DNA of 64,000 bases from an uncultured delta proteobacterium (GTDB lineage: Bacteria > Myxococcota_A > Polyangia > Polyangiales > B10-G4): NCBI GenBank assembly GCA_963727445.1, contig CAVSGI010000018.1, forward strand, positions 1-64,000. Direction: 5' to 3'. Position 1 is the stretch's first letter. Each line of letters starts with the position of its first letter. Positions 47,577-57,816 of this stretch are shown piece after piece. A program made the position numbers and the translations under genes. A model generated the notes under the pieces. That model searched no databases. It was not told the DNA's origin and worked only from the letters and a program-made list of their open reading frames with translations.

Positions 47577-47627
47577 TTCGAATCTTCGATGTGGCGGAAG
47601 CTACCGAAAAACAAGGGTGAGCGCTCC

Positions 47628-47655
47628 TTGACTTCGCCCTTTCGTGGTCGATACT
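47628..47655 (+). promoter_or_regulatory. Putative sigma-70-type promoter
   Basis: TTGACT-N16-GATACT upstream of 47726. Confidence 0.4.
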
Positions 47656-47725
47656 GCCACACAGTCACACTTAATAGAGGCGGGTCTCGTATGCGGGTTG
47701 AATCCGCCTCGGCAGGGAGTTCTCG

Positions 47726-49819
47726 ATGACGAGAATCGCGTTCGCATCGCTGATGGCAATTGCGTCGCTTTTGGGGGGCTGCGGCGGGGATGACTCGCTG
47801 ATGCTGGGGATGTTCGACGCCAGCCCCGACGCGGACGCTGGGATGACCACGATGGACGGGGGGATGTTCCCCGACGGCGGCATCGGCACCACCGACATCG
47901 CCATCACCCGTCTGGTGCCGGACCACGGTCCCTTCTCCGGCGGCACACAGGTGGTCATCCGTGGCACCGGCTTGAGCGAGGACATGGAGGTCAGCATCGG
48001 CGGCCGCCTCGTGCAGCCCGCCGACTTGAACCTCATCGACTCGAATCGGCTCTCGATCGTCACGCCGGCGGGTGAGGTCGGCGACGCCGACGTCACGATC
48101 ACGCTCGGCGACGAGTCAGTGACCTCCGAGGGCGCCTACCACTACGACGCGTTCTTCCTCGAGCCCAACCGCGGTGCGGTCTCGGGCGGCACTCTGGTGA
48201 CCATCACCGGGATGGGTCTCGGCTTCGCGGACGGTGACACCGTCGACTTCGGTCGCACCCCGTGCACCGATCTCACCGTGGTCAGCGAGTCGACCATCAC
48301 CTGCCGCACGCCGCCGATGGCGGCCGGCTCCGTGCCCGTCACCTACAACGACGTCGACGGCACAGCGGACCTCACGGTCGACAACGCCTACACCTATTAC
48401 GACAGCACCGACCCCTTCGCGGGCGGCCTCGGCGGCGGGCCGATCATGGGCACGCTCAACGTCACCGTGCTCAACAGCGGCGACGGGTCGCCCGTGCCCG
48501 ACGCTTTCGTCATCGTCGGCGAGGACCTGACCACGCCATACCAGAACCTCACGGACATGCGCGGCCAGGTCACCTTCTCCGGACCCGATCTGACCGGGCC
48601 GCTGACGGTCACCGCGGCCAAGTTCTGCTTCGAGAAGACCTCGGTGGTCTCTTTCGACGCGACCGATGTGACCATCTTCCTCGTGCCGTGGATGGATCCG
48701 ATGTGCGGCATGGGCGGGATGCCTCCCACCGGACGCGGGCGAAACGGCGCCTTCATCGCCGGCGAGCTCATCTGGCCCTCGGACTTCGGCCTCGGTCCGC
48801 AGCCGTGGTTCAACATCCCCGCGCCTCGCGAAAACGAAGAGAAGGTCGCCTACGTCTACACCACCCAGGCGCGCGTCGGTTACCCCAACCCCGATCCCAG
48901 CCTCGGTGGCGCCACGCAGCGCGTCCTCGAGACCGGCGACACCGGTGAGTCGGGCTACCTCTATCGCATCTTCGCCCGGCCAGCAGGCCTCGCGGTCTAT
49001 GCGCTCGCGGGCCTCGAGAACCGCGACACCGGCGAGTTCATCCCCTACGTGATGGGCATCGCGCGCAACGTGCTCGCGGGCCCCGGGGAGAACGTCGACG
49101 GCGTCGACATCGTCATGGACATCCCCCTCGATCACACCCTCGACGTGCAGATCACCGATCTGCCGGCCGAGGCGCGCAGCGGTCCGGACCGCTTCAAGGT
49201 CGAGGCCTACATGGACCTCGGCGGAGAAGGTGTGATCGTGCGCGAGGTGACCACCGCCGGCCGCACCGAGAACTACGACATCGTTCGTGGCCGCAGCAAC
49301 GACACCCCCTTCCGCTTCTGGGCGCAGCCGGCGCTGCTGGGTGAGCTCGCCGACGGGCGCTATCGCATCGCTGGAGGCTGGTACACCGGCGACTTCGATT
49401 CGCAGCCCTACACCGTCGTCGTGCAGAACGGCGTGCGCGCTTTCGACGAGGTGGTGACCCTCGACGGGTATCTCGGCATCCCTCAGGCGACGTCCCCGGC
49501 CTACGGCGAGCGCATCCCGGCCGATCGTGTCCTGCGCTGGGAGTCGGACGGCGAGGATCCCGACATGCACATGATCCTCATGGTGGGTGGTGATGGGAAC
49601 CCGGCGTGGCGGCACTTCGTGCCCGGAGACGTGTACGAGGCGCCCATCCCCGACCTGTCGACCATCGAGGGCATCGACGACATCAGCGCGGGCTTCATCA
49701 CCTGGGTCGTCTACGCCGTGAAGATCCCCGGGTTCGACTTCGACGAGTTCAGCTACACCTATCTCCAGGACCGCTTCTGGAGCCACTACGCCGTCGACTA
49801 CTTCACCGCCACGCGGTGA
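47726..49819 (+). CDS. IPT/TIG-domain lipoprotein
   Basis: Lipobox LLGGC; two IPT repeats (PDHGPFSGGTQVVIRG; PNRGAVSGGTLVTITG). Confidence 0.82.
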   Translation: MTRIAFASLMAIASLLGGCGGDDSLMLGMFDASPDADAGMTTMDGGMFPDGGIGTTDIAITRLVPDHGPFSGGTQVVIRGTGLSEDMEVSIGGRLVQPADLNLIDSNRLSIVTPAGEVGDADVTITLGDESVTSEGAYHYDAFFLEPNRGAVSGGTLVTITGMGLGFADGDTVDFGRTPCTDLTVVSESTITCRTPPMAAGSVPVTYNDVDGTADLTVDNAYTYYDSTDPFAGGLGGGPIMGTLNVTVLNSGDGSPVPDAFVIVGEDLTTPYQNLTDMRGQVTFSGPDLTGPLTVTAAKFCFEKTSVVSFDATDVTIFLVPWMDPMCGMGGMPPTGRGRNGAFIAGELIWPSDFGLGPQPWFNIPAPRENEEKVAYVYTTQARVGYPNPDPSLGGATQRVLETGDTGESGYLYRIFARPAGLAVYALAGLENRDTGEFIPYVMGIARNVLAGPGENVDGVDIVMDIPLDHTLDVQITDLPAEARSGPDRFKVEAYMDLGGEGVIVREVTTAGRTENYDIVRGRSNDTPFRFWAQPALLGELADGRYRIAGGWYTGDFDSQPYTVVVQNGVRAFDEVVTLDGYLGIPQATSPAYGERIPADRVLRWESDGEDPDMHMILMVGGDGNPAWRHFVPGDVYEAPIPDLSTIEGIDDISAGFITWVVYAVKIPGFDFDEFSYTYLQDRFWSHYAVDYFTATR

Positions 49820-49844
49820 GCCGAACGACCGCCCGCGAGACCCG

Positions 49845-51947
49845 ATGACGAACCTCCGTCTCCTTCCCTTTCTCCTCGGTTTCATGCTCGCGCTCGCTTC
49901 GTGCGGAGACAACACGTCTCCGGGCGACGGGAGCACGGGTGATTCCACGATCCCCATCAACGACGCCGGCGAGTTCTTCTGTGCGACCGCCGAGTCGCAG
50001 GCCTGCATCGGTGACACCCACTGGTACTGCGAGCGGCCCGAGGGCAGTGAGTTCGTACGCAGCCAGAACGAGGACTGCGCGGCCATGGGGCAGGTCTGCG
50101 CGCCCGACTTGTGGTGCGTGACCTGCCGCCCCGACTCGATCGGCTGCGACGGGAACACCGTCATCCAGTGCGCCTCGGACGGATCCGCGTGGATGGACCA
50201 GGAGGAGTGCAACGTCGACGAGGGCTTCGCGTGCCGGGACGGGCGCTGCGTCAACCTCTGCGAGGAGGCGCAAGCGCACCGCAGCTACGTGGGCTGTGAG
50301 TTCTTCGCGGCGGACCTCGACAACGCCTCCATCGGCGCGGGGCGCGACGCCTCGGCCCAGCAGTACGCGGTCGTGGTCTCCAACCCCGGCGGCGTGGCCA
50401 CCGAGGTCACGGTGGAGCGGAACAACGCCGTCTTCGGCGCGGCCTCGGACGTCGAGGCCTTCTACACCGTCACCGTCCCGCCGGGCGACCTCGAGATCCT
50501 CGAGCTCCCCCGCCGCGAGGTCGACGGCTCGAGCTCGAACCAGATGTGCGACCCGACGGATCGCGTCTGCCCCGGCACCGAGGTCTGCGTCTGCTCGCGC
50601 ATGGACACCGAGCCGCCCTGCGTCTGCCGCGTCAGCGCGACCGCCAACGGGATGAACGACGGCACTCACACCGCGGTCACCTCTCAGGCGTATCGCATCT
50701 CGTCGCAGCTGCCGATCATCGCCTACCAGTTCAACCCGCTGGACAACGTCGGCGTCTTCTCGAACGACGCGTCGCTCCTGTTGCCCACTTCGGCCATCGG
50801 CCGGCGCTATACCGTGGTGGGTTGGCCTCAGACCATCGCCAACGACGACCTCGACCCGGACCGCGACTTCGATTCGTCCCGCACCGACGAGGATCTGCGC
50901 GCCACGTTGACCATCATCGGCACCACCGAGGCGACCAACGTGCACATCACCCTGGGCGACAAGATCGACACCATGGTGGGCGCAGGCATGATCCCGGAGC
51001 TCGGCCCCGGGGGCGAGATCGATCTGGTCATCAACCCCTTCGACGTCATCAACCTGGAGACGAGCGCGCTCAACGCCGACTTCACGGGAACCCAGGTCGA
51101 AGCCGACAAGAACGTCACGCTCTTCGTGGGCAGCGAGGCCTCGGACGTGCCGCGCTTCGACACGTACGCGACGCGCCAGTGCTGCGCCGACCACCTCGAA
51201 GAGCAGCTGTGGCCGGACGACACCAACGGTACCCGCTTCATGATCGCGCGCATGCCGCGGCGCTCGGTGTCGCTCAACGCCGCCTTCGTCAATCCGCTCA
51301 CCGACAGTGTGGCGGAGCCGAACGAGCCGGAGTGGGTGCGTGTGCTCGCGACGTCGTCCGGTTCGACGACGCTCAACACCACGCTGCCCTTCCCGGACGA
51401 CATGGTCACTCTCTCCGAGAACGAGAGCATCATCTTCCGGGCCGACCAGGACTTCATCCTCGAGGCGAGCCAGCCGGTCGCGGTGCTTCAGGCGCTGCCC
51501 AGCCAGGAGGCGGTGGGGATCCCGCCCGAGTATCCGGGCGGTGACCCGGCGATCATCTTCGTCCCGCCGGTCCAGCAGTATCGCCAGGACTACGTGTTCC
51601 TGACGCCGAACCTCTACGCCTTCGACTACGTCACCATCACCGCGGCCGCGGACACGCAGATCCTGCTGGACGGCATGCCCCTCGACCCGCTGAAGTGCAC
51701 CACCTCGGCAGCCGACGGCCTCATGCGCCGTCCGGGCGACCCGCCCCCCGACGAGGTGATCCACCGCTGCCAGTTCTCCTTCCCCGACGTCATCGGCCTG
51801 CCCAACGTACGCGTCGAAGACGGCGTCCAGGACGACGGCGTCCACTCCATCGTCGCCGACCAGCCGGTGGGCATCGTCGTCTACGGCTTCGACGCCTTCG
51901 TGAGCTACGCGTACGCCGGCGGGCTGAACCTGGACGTCATCAACTAG
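49845..51947 (+). CDS. IgGFc-binding-protein N-terminal domain lipoprotein
   Basis: Lipobox LASC; RSYVGCEF, AYQFNPL, SNDASLLLP, CCADHLEEQL, GDPA, QYRQDY, SYAYAGG. Confidence 0.85.
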   Translation: MTNLRLLPFLLGFMLALASCGDNTSPGDGSTGDSTIPINDAGEFFCATAESQACIGDTHWYCERPEGSEFVRSQNEDCAAMGQVCAPDLWCVTCRPDSIGCDGNTVIQCASDGSAWMDQEECNVDEGFACRDGRCVNLCEEAQAHRSYVGCEFFAADLDNASIGAGRDASAQQYAVVVSNPGGVATEVTVERNNAVFGAASDVEAFYTVTVPPGDLEILELPRREVDGSSSNQMCDPTDRVCPGTEVCVCSRMDTEPPCVCRVSATANGMNDGTHTAVTSQAYRISSQLPIIAYQFNPLDNVGVFSNDASLLLPTSAIGRRYTVVGWPQTIANDDLDPDRDFDSSRTDEDLRATLTIIGTTEATNVHITLGDKIDTMVGAGMIPELGPGGEIDLVINPFDVINLETSALNADFTGTQVEADKNVTLFVGSEASDVPRFDTYATRQCCADHLEEQLWPDDTNGTRFMIARMPRRSVSLNAAFVNPLTDSVAEPNEPEWVRVLATSSGSTTLNTTLPFPDDMVTLSENESIIFRADQDFILEASQPVAVLQALPSQEAVGIPPEYPGGDPAIIFVPPVQQYRQDYVFLTPNLYAFDYVTITAAADTQILLDGMPLDPLKCTTSAADGLMRRPGDPPPDEVIHRCQFSFPDVIGLPNVRVEDGVQDDGVHSIVADQPVGIVVYGFDAFVSYAYAGGLNLDVIN

Positions 51948-53130
51948 TGCTCGCCTCTCCGAGGCTGCGCACCCGCGGGCTCGCGAACAAATAGAGCAGC
52001 ACCACCGCGACCAGGCTCGCGCTCGTGATGTACGGCAGCTCTGCGTGGACCTCGTAGAGCGCCGTGCCGAGCAGCGGCCCGACCGTTCGTCCCAGTCCCT
52101 GCGCGGCGCTGTTGAGGCCCGCCACCGCGCCCTGTTCGTTGTCGGCGACGCAGAGGCTGAGCATCGAGGTGATGCCCGGCAGGGCCAGGCCCTGCCCCAC
52201 GCCCTGCAGCAGCAGCGAGCCGGTGAGCGCGCCGAAGGTGTCGCTGAACACCAGCAGCACCAGCCCCACCATGACGACCGGCAGCCCGCCGCGCACGAGC
52301 TTCAGCGGGGGCAGCGTCACGCGCCGCACCAGCCAGCCCTGCACGAAGACGGCGATTACCCCGTAGAGCACCAGCGCGGTGCCGACCGCGCGCGCGGTGG
52401 CGCCCTCGTCGAGCCCCAGGCGATCCTGGAAGTAGAAGGCGATGGTCTGCTCCATCGCCACCGACGCCGTGGTCGCGACCACCGCGACGCCCAACAGGGG
52501 CCACACCCGCTTGAAGACCGAGCGCTGATCGCCCGGCACGTGGCCCACGTGCTTCTCGGGCTCGGGCAGGATGGTGAAGACGAAGATGGCGTTCAGGACG
52601 GCGACGCCGACCGAGAAGTAGACCGCCGTGAGCAGCCCGAAATAGGACAGGCCGGCGCCGATGGCGGGGCCGAAGATGATGCCGAGGCCGAAGGCCGCAC
52701 CGATCAGCGCCATCCCGCTCGTGCGGTCTTCGCGCTCGGTGATGTCGGCCATGTATGCCTGGGCGGTGGGGAAGGTCGCGCTCGAGAGCAGGCCGCCGAC
52801 CAGGCGCACAGACAGCAGCGACGCGTAGAGGGCGTAGTGCCCGAGCCAGCCGCGAAAGCCGGCTTCGCAGATCAACGCGAAGCCGAGGAAGGTGCCGGCG
52901 AATCCGATGATCCCCACCAGGAGGATCGGCTTTCGGCCCTTGGTCTCGCTCTGCCGTCCCCAGTACGCGGCCGAGATGAACTGCATCAGGGAGTAGCCGG
53001 TCGACAGCGAGCCGATCTCGAGCTCGCCCAGACCCAACTGTCTTCCGAGGGGAGCGAGGATCGGAAAGAGGACGCTCAGCCCGAGGATGCTGTTGAAGAG
53101 CGCCAGGAAGAGTAGGGCCTTGGGCCGCAT
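51940..53130 (-). CDS. MFS transporter (TetA/DHA1-like)
   Basis: About 12 TM helices; WGRQSETKGRKP, AQAYMADIT, GAAFGLGIIFGPAIG. Confidence 0.9.
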   Translation of the reverse strand: MRPKALLFLALFNSILGLSVLFPILAPLGRQLGLGELEIGSLSTGYSLMQFISAAYWGRQSETKGRKPILLVGIIGFAGTFLGFALICEAGFRGWLGHYALYASLLSVRLVGGLLSSATFPTAQAYMADITEREDRTSGMALIGAAFGLGIIFGPAIGAGLSYFGLLTAVYFSVGVAVLNAIFVFTILPEPEKHVGHVPGDQRSVFKRVWPLLGVAVVATTASVAMEQTIAFYFQDRLGLDEGATARAVGTALVLYGVIAVFVQGWLVRRVTLPPLKLVRGGLPVVMVGLVLLVFSDTFGALTGSLLLQGVGQGLALPGITSMLSLCVADNEQGAVAGLNSAAQGLGRTVGPLLGTALYEVHAELPYITSASLVAVVLLYLFASPRVRSLGEASTS

Positions 53131-53164
53131 CGGAGCGGGAGTGTAGAGGATTCGAGGGGCGCGT

Positions 53165-56100
53165 TCAGTGGAAGTCGTGGCTCTTGGTGTCCGTCGCGGA
53201 GATCGGCGGGCTCAGCGCCTCGACGTGTCTCGCCTTGACGTTGATCACGTCGTGACGGCGCTCGAGCTCACCGTGGACGAGGATCACCGGCTGGCGGGTG
53301 ATGATCTCGTGCTCCCGCGCGAAGAGCTGCGGCGAGACGATGACGTTGCACATGCCCGTTTCGTCCTCCAGAGAGAGGAAAACGAAGCCCTTGGCGGTGG
53401 CGGGGCGCTGGCGCGAGTTCACGAGCCCTGCGATCCGCACCGGTCCGGGGGAGCGGCCTTCGAGCTCGCCCAGCGAGGGGATCTGACGTTCGGCGAGCCA
53501 CTGCCGGAGAAACTCCATCGGGTGGTGAGCGGCCGAGGTGCCGGTGGCTGCATAGTCGGCTCGCGTGGCGCCTTCGGGGCTCGGGGCCTCGAGGGCTGGC
53601 GGCGTCTCCTCGGCGGCGGGCCGGGGAGCGAGGGGCCCGGCGGTGGGCCGCGCCACACGGAGCACCTCCCAGAGCGCACGCCGGCGATCGCCGGAGAGGG
53701 CGTCGAGGGCGCCGGCGCGAGCGAGGCGTGTGAGGCTGCGCGGGTCGAGGCGCGTGCGCTCCGCCAGCGCCTCGATCGAAGCGATCTTGGTGCCGAGCAG
53801 AGGCTCGAGGGCTTTTTGCGCGCCGGGTCCGAGGCCTCGCACCAGGCGCAGACCCAGGCGCAGGGCGAGGCGGTGCGGGCCACCGACGCTCTCTTCGAGG
53901 GTCGAGTTCCAGCGACTCCGGGTGACGTCCGGCCGGCGGATCTCGACGCCGTGCCGCCGCGCGTCACCGACGAGGGTGCCGATGGGGTAGAAGCCCATCG
54001 GCTGCGCGTTCAAGAGCGCCGCGTAGAACTCCGGCGTGTAATGACGCTTGAGATAGGCCGACGCGTAGACCAGGAGCGCAAAAGAAGCGGCGTGGCTCTC
54101 GGGGAAGCCGTAGTTCGCGAAGGCGCCGAGCTGCTTCACGATGCGCTCGGCGACCGGGGGCGCGATGCCGCGCGCCTGCATGCCTTCGAGGAGCTCGAGA
54201 CTGAGGCGGGCCATGCGTGCCTCTTTACGCTTGGCACCCATCGCCCGCCGCAGCTCGTCCGCGCGCTCGGGGCTGAAGCCGGCGGCGACGATCGCCACTT
54301 TCATCCCCTGCTCTTGAAAGAGCGGCACACCGAGCGTGCGCGCCAGCACCGGCTCGAGGCTCTCGTGAAGAAAGCGCACCGGCTCCTCGCCGCGCCGCCG
54401 GCGCAGGTATGGGTGCACCATCTCGCCTTGGATCGGCCCCGGGCGGATCAGCGCCACCTGCACCACCAGATCGTAGAAGCGCTCCGGCGCCATCCGCGGG
54501 AGCGTCGCCATCTGGGCCCGCGATTCGATCTGGAAGACGCCGACGGTGTCGGCTTTCTGGATCATCCGATAGGTCGCGGCGTCGTCGGGCGGCAGACGCG
54601 CGAGGTCGAGGGGCTCGCCGCGGTGCTCCTCCACCAGCTCGAGGGCGTCGGCGAGGAGCGTGAGGATCCCGAGCCCGAGGAGATCGATCTTCACCAGGCC
54701 CATCGGCTCGAGATCGTCCTTGTCCCACTGGATGACGGTGCGCCCCTGCATGCTCGCCGGCTCGATGGGGACGACGTTGGCGAGCGGTCCGCCGGTGAGC
54801 ACGAAGCCGCCCACGTGAATGCCGCGATGCCGCGGCAGCCCCTCGAGCCCGCGGAGCACACGCACGAGCGCGCGCATCCTTCCGTCGCCCGGATCGAGGC
54901 CCGCGCGCGCGAGGCCGCCCGCGAGGAGCACGTCGGCCGCGTCGCCGCTGCTCCCGGCCGGGCCGTCGGTGGGGACGGTGGCGCCGACCTGCCGCGCCAG
55001 GGTGTCGCCCACCTCCGCCGGAAGCCCCAGCACCCGCGCCGCGTCGCGCACCGCGCTCCGGCCGCGCCAGGTGATCGACTCCGCGACCATCGCGGCGTGG
55101 TCGCGCCCGTAGCGTTCGTAGACGTACTGAAGCACCTCCTCGCGGTCGCGATGGGCGATGTCGACGTCGATGTCCGGCGCCTCGCCCCGACCTTCGGACA
55201 GAAAGCGTTCGAAGAGCAGGCCGTAGCCGATGGGATCGACCGCGGTGATCTCGAGGCAGTAACAGACGGCGCTGTTCGCCGCCGAGCCGCGGCCCTGCAC
55301 CAGCACGCCGATGGAACGGGCGAAGCGGACGATGTCCCAGACGATGAGGAAGTAGCCCGCGAGGCCGAGGCGCCGGATGACGGCGAGCTCGTGCTTCACC
55401 TGTCGCTCGTGGGCGTCCGTGATGCGCGAGTAGCGCCGCCGCATCCCTTCGCGGACGCGTGCCTCGAGGAACGCGTCTTCGTCCGGGGCGTCGTCGGGCA
55501 GGGGGTAGACCGGGAGCCTCGGTGACAGATCCGAGAGCCGGAAGACGCAGCGTTCGGCGACCTCGAGGGTGCGCAAGAGGCCGGCCTGTGCGCTCCGAAA
55601 ACGGCGGGCCATCTCCGCCGGGCTCGCGAGCCGTCGCGCGTCGTTGGGAAAGAGCCTGTCGCCGGCTTCGTCGAGGGTGATCCGATGCGCGATGCACGTC
55701 AGCACGTCGAGGATCGGCTTGTCGCGGGCGTGGGCGTGCCGGACGTCGCCGGCGACGAGCCACGGGAGCGCGAGGTCGTGGGCGAGGTCGAGGCGATCGC
55801 GGATCCGCCGGACGTCTTCGGGGAGCGCGTGATCGGAGACCTCGAGGTAGAAGCGCCCGCCGTGGATCTCCGCGAGCGCGCCGGCGAGGGCGCGCATCGC
55901 CGTCGCGCCACCGCGACGCTCCGCCGCGTCGAGGGCACCGTCGCGCCCCCCCGACAGACACACGAGGCCCTCGCTCCGCGCGGCGAGGGCGTCGAGGGTG
56001 ACGCACGGCTCGCCGCGCGGGCGCGTCATCCGTCCGGTGGTCACGAGCTGACTCAGGTTTTCGTAGCCCGCGCGGCTCTCGCAGAGCAGGACGACGGTGC

Positions 56101-56323
56101 CGCCGCTGTCGAGGGTGAGCTCGGCGCCGATGATCGGCCGCACGCCCTCGGCGTCGCAGGCCGCGGCGAAGCGAACGACGCCGCCGAGGTCGTCGCGATC
56201 GGTGATCGCCAGGGCCCCGAGGCCGACCTCTGCGGCGACGCGCGCGAGGGTCTCGGGGGTGGAGGCGCCGCCGAGGAGCGAAAAAGCGCTCCGGCAGTGG
56301 AGCTCGACGTACTCGGCGCTCAA
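53165..56323 (-). CDS. dnaE2: Error-prone DNA polymerase DnaE2 (ImuC)
   Basis: YVELHCRSAFS (PHP), QGRGSAANS, PDIDVD, PRHRGIHVGGF, IQWDKDD, YGFPESHAASFA, C-terminal SHDFH. Confidence 0.95.
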   Translation of the reverse strand: MSAEYVELHCRSAFSLLGGASTPETLARVAAEVGLGALAITDRDDLGGVVRFAAACDAEGVRPIIGAELTLDSGGTVVLLCESRAGYENLSQLVTTGRMTRPRGEPCVTLDALAARSEGLVCLSGGRDGALDAAERRGGATAMRALAGALAEIHGGRFYLEVSDHALPEDVRRIRDRLDLAHDLALPWLVAGDVRHAHARDKPILDVLTCIAHRITLDEAGDRLFPNDARRLASPAEMARRFRSAQAGLLRTLEVAERCVFRLSDLSPRLPVYPLPDDAPDEDAFLEARVREGMRRRYSRITDAHERQVKHELAVIRRLGLAGYFLIVWDIVRFARSIGVLVQGRGSAANSAVCYCLEITAVDPIGYGLLFERFLSEGRGEAPDIDVDIAHRDREEVLQYVYERYGRDHAAMVAESITWRGRSAVRDAARVLGLPAEVGDTLARQVGATVPTDGPAGSSGDAADVLLAGGLARAGLDPGDGRMRALVRVLRGLEGLPRHRGIHVGGFVLTGGPLANVVPIEPASMQGRTVIQWDKDDLEPMGLVKIDLLGLGILTLLADALELVEEHRGEPLDLARLPPDDAATYRMIQKADTVGVFQIESRAQMATLPRMAPERFYDLVVQVALIRPGPIQGEMVHPYLRRRRGEEPVRFLHESLEPVLARTLGVPLFQEQGMKVAIVAAGFSPERADELRRAMGAKRKEARMARLSLELLEGMQARGIAPPVAERIVKQLGAFANYGFPESHAASFALLVYASAYLKRHYTPEFYAALLNAQPMGFYPIGTLVGDARRHGVEIRRPDVTRSRWNSTLEESVGGPHRLALRLGLRLVRGLGPGAQKALEPLLGTKIASIEALAERTRLDPRSLTRLARAGALDALSGDRRRALWEVLRVARPTAGPLAPRPAAEETPPALEAPSPEGATRADYAATGTSAAHHPMEFLRQWLAERQIPSLGELEGRSPGPVRIAGLVNSRQRPATAKGFVFLSLEDETGMCNVIVSPQLFAREHEIITRQPVILVHGELERRHDVINVKARHVEALSPPISATDTKSHDFH

Positions 56324-57816
56324 TCCACCCACGCGATCAGCTCCCACTCGTCGTCGCAGGCGGCGGAGACGCGCGCGCGCAACAGCGCCAGCACCGGCCC
56401 CTCGAGCTCGGCCCAGGCGAGGAGCTCGACGCGCTTTCGTCCCGTCTCCCACCACGGCGGCGTGGTGCGCTCGACCCTCCCGAGGCGAACGACGCGGCGC
56501 CGTCGATCGCCGAGCCACACGGCGCCGCCCTCGACCGGCAGCGGCGCCGCGAGGCGGCGCCAGGGCAGGCACGGCGTGGAGACGTCGAGGCTCGCCTGGG
56601 TGGGTGTGCTGTCGATGCGATAGCGCGCGCGTTCGAGCGCCGGGCCCACCTCGCGTCGCTCGGCGCGCTTGACGGCCTGTTCACCGAAGCGCGCGCGGAG
56701 GCGTCCGAGGGCCACCTCGCGCGCCGACGGATCGTGCGCCTGCTCTCCGAAGAGCGTCGGCCCGGCCACGGCGGCGGGCGCGGTCTCCTCGATGGCGACG
56801 CGGAGGGCGGTGATCGGGGCGTCGACGACGCGGCGCTCGAGGTGGGTGCGCGCGAGCTCGCGCAAGGTGCGCGCGCGATGCACGGGCGCGCTGGTACGGA
56901 TGCGCGTCGCGACCTCTCCGCCGCCGCGGGTGCCGAGGGTGATCACCATCTCGGTCGCGCCGAGGCCTTCCCGTGAGAGATCCGAGGCCAGGCGGTCGAT
57001 GGCGGCCCCCAGCACGAAGAGCAGCGGCTCCATGGCGCTCTGCTCGTCGTCGAAACAGAGCGCGACCGCGCGGGGGGGCAGGGGGCGCGGGGTCTGGGGC
57101 TGGCGCGGATCGTCGCCGTCGGCGCGCCGGCGCGCGAGGGCGATCTCTGGCCCGAGGCGCCGGCCCAGGCTCCCCGGGCTCAGGCGCCGCAGCTGACCCA
57201 CCGTGCGGATCCCGAGGGCGGCCAGCAGATCGCGCGCCTCGCCGTCGATCTCGAGCGCTTCGAGGGGCGCGTCGTCGAGAAAATCACGCGCCTCCTCGCG
57301 GTCGACGAGGCGGATGCCGCCCGGCGCGGACCGCGCCGCGGCCCAGGCCACGGTCGCCGTCGGTCCCACCCCGATCGCCACCGCACCGTAGGCGCCCATC
57401 GCGCGGCGGGCGAGGGCACACCAGGCGTCGAGGGAGCCGCTTCGCGGCAGAGGCTCCACCCAGAAGCGCGTCGCTCCCGCCACTTCGATCCGCGGCGACA
57501 CCTCGAGGAGGCGCTCGACGACACGTCGCTTCTCGTCGCCGAGCATGCGCGCGTCTTCATGAACCGATCGCAACGAGGCGGCGCGCGCGCGGGCGGCGGC
57601 GAGGGTCATGCCGATGCGCACGCCGGCGTCCGTCGCGCGTGCATCGAGCCACACGATGCGCGCGGTGTGGGCGCGGCCGCGGTGCACGGCGCGCGGCGGC
57701 TCATCGCCTTCCCCCTCGCCCCGACTCGCGTCGCGAGGCGCTCTGTCGCTTCGATGATGGGCGACGATCGGGAGCATGGGGATGTGGACGCAGGCGATCG
57801 GTGACGACGTCTTCAC
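56320..57816 (-). CDS. imuB: ImuB, inactive Y-family polymerase
   Basis: IACVHIP, GVRIGMTLAAARA, SPRIE, LGIRTVGQL, C-terminal PPWW..WELIAWVD; located between imuA and dnaE2. Confidence 0.85.
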   Translation of the reverse strand: MKTSSPIACVHIPMLPIVAHHRSDRAPRDASRGEGEGDEPPRAVHRGRAHTARIVWLDARATDAGVRIGMTLAAARARAASLRSVHEDARMLGDEKRRVVERLLEVSPRIEVAGATRFWVEPLPRSGSLDAWCALARRAMGAYGAVAIGVGPTATVAWAAARSAPGGIRLVDREEARDFLDDAPLEALEIDGEARDLLAALGIRTVGQLRRLSPGSLGRRLGPEIALARRRADGDDPRQPQTPRPLPPRAVALCFDDEQSAMEPLLFVLGAAIDRLASDLSREGLGATEMVITLGTRGGGEVATRIRTSAPVHRARTLRELARTHLERRVVDAPITALRVAIEETAPAAVAGPTLFGEQAHDPSAREVALGRLRARFGEQAVKRAERREVGPALERARYRIDSTPTQASLDVSTPCLPWRRLAAPLPVEGGAVWLGDRRRRVVRLGRVERTTPPWWETGRKRVELLAWAELEGPVLALLRARVSAACDDEWELIAWVD

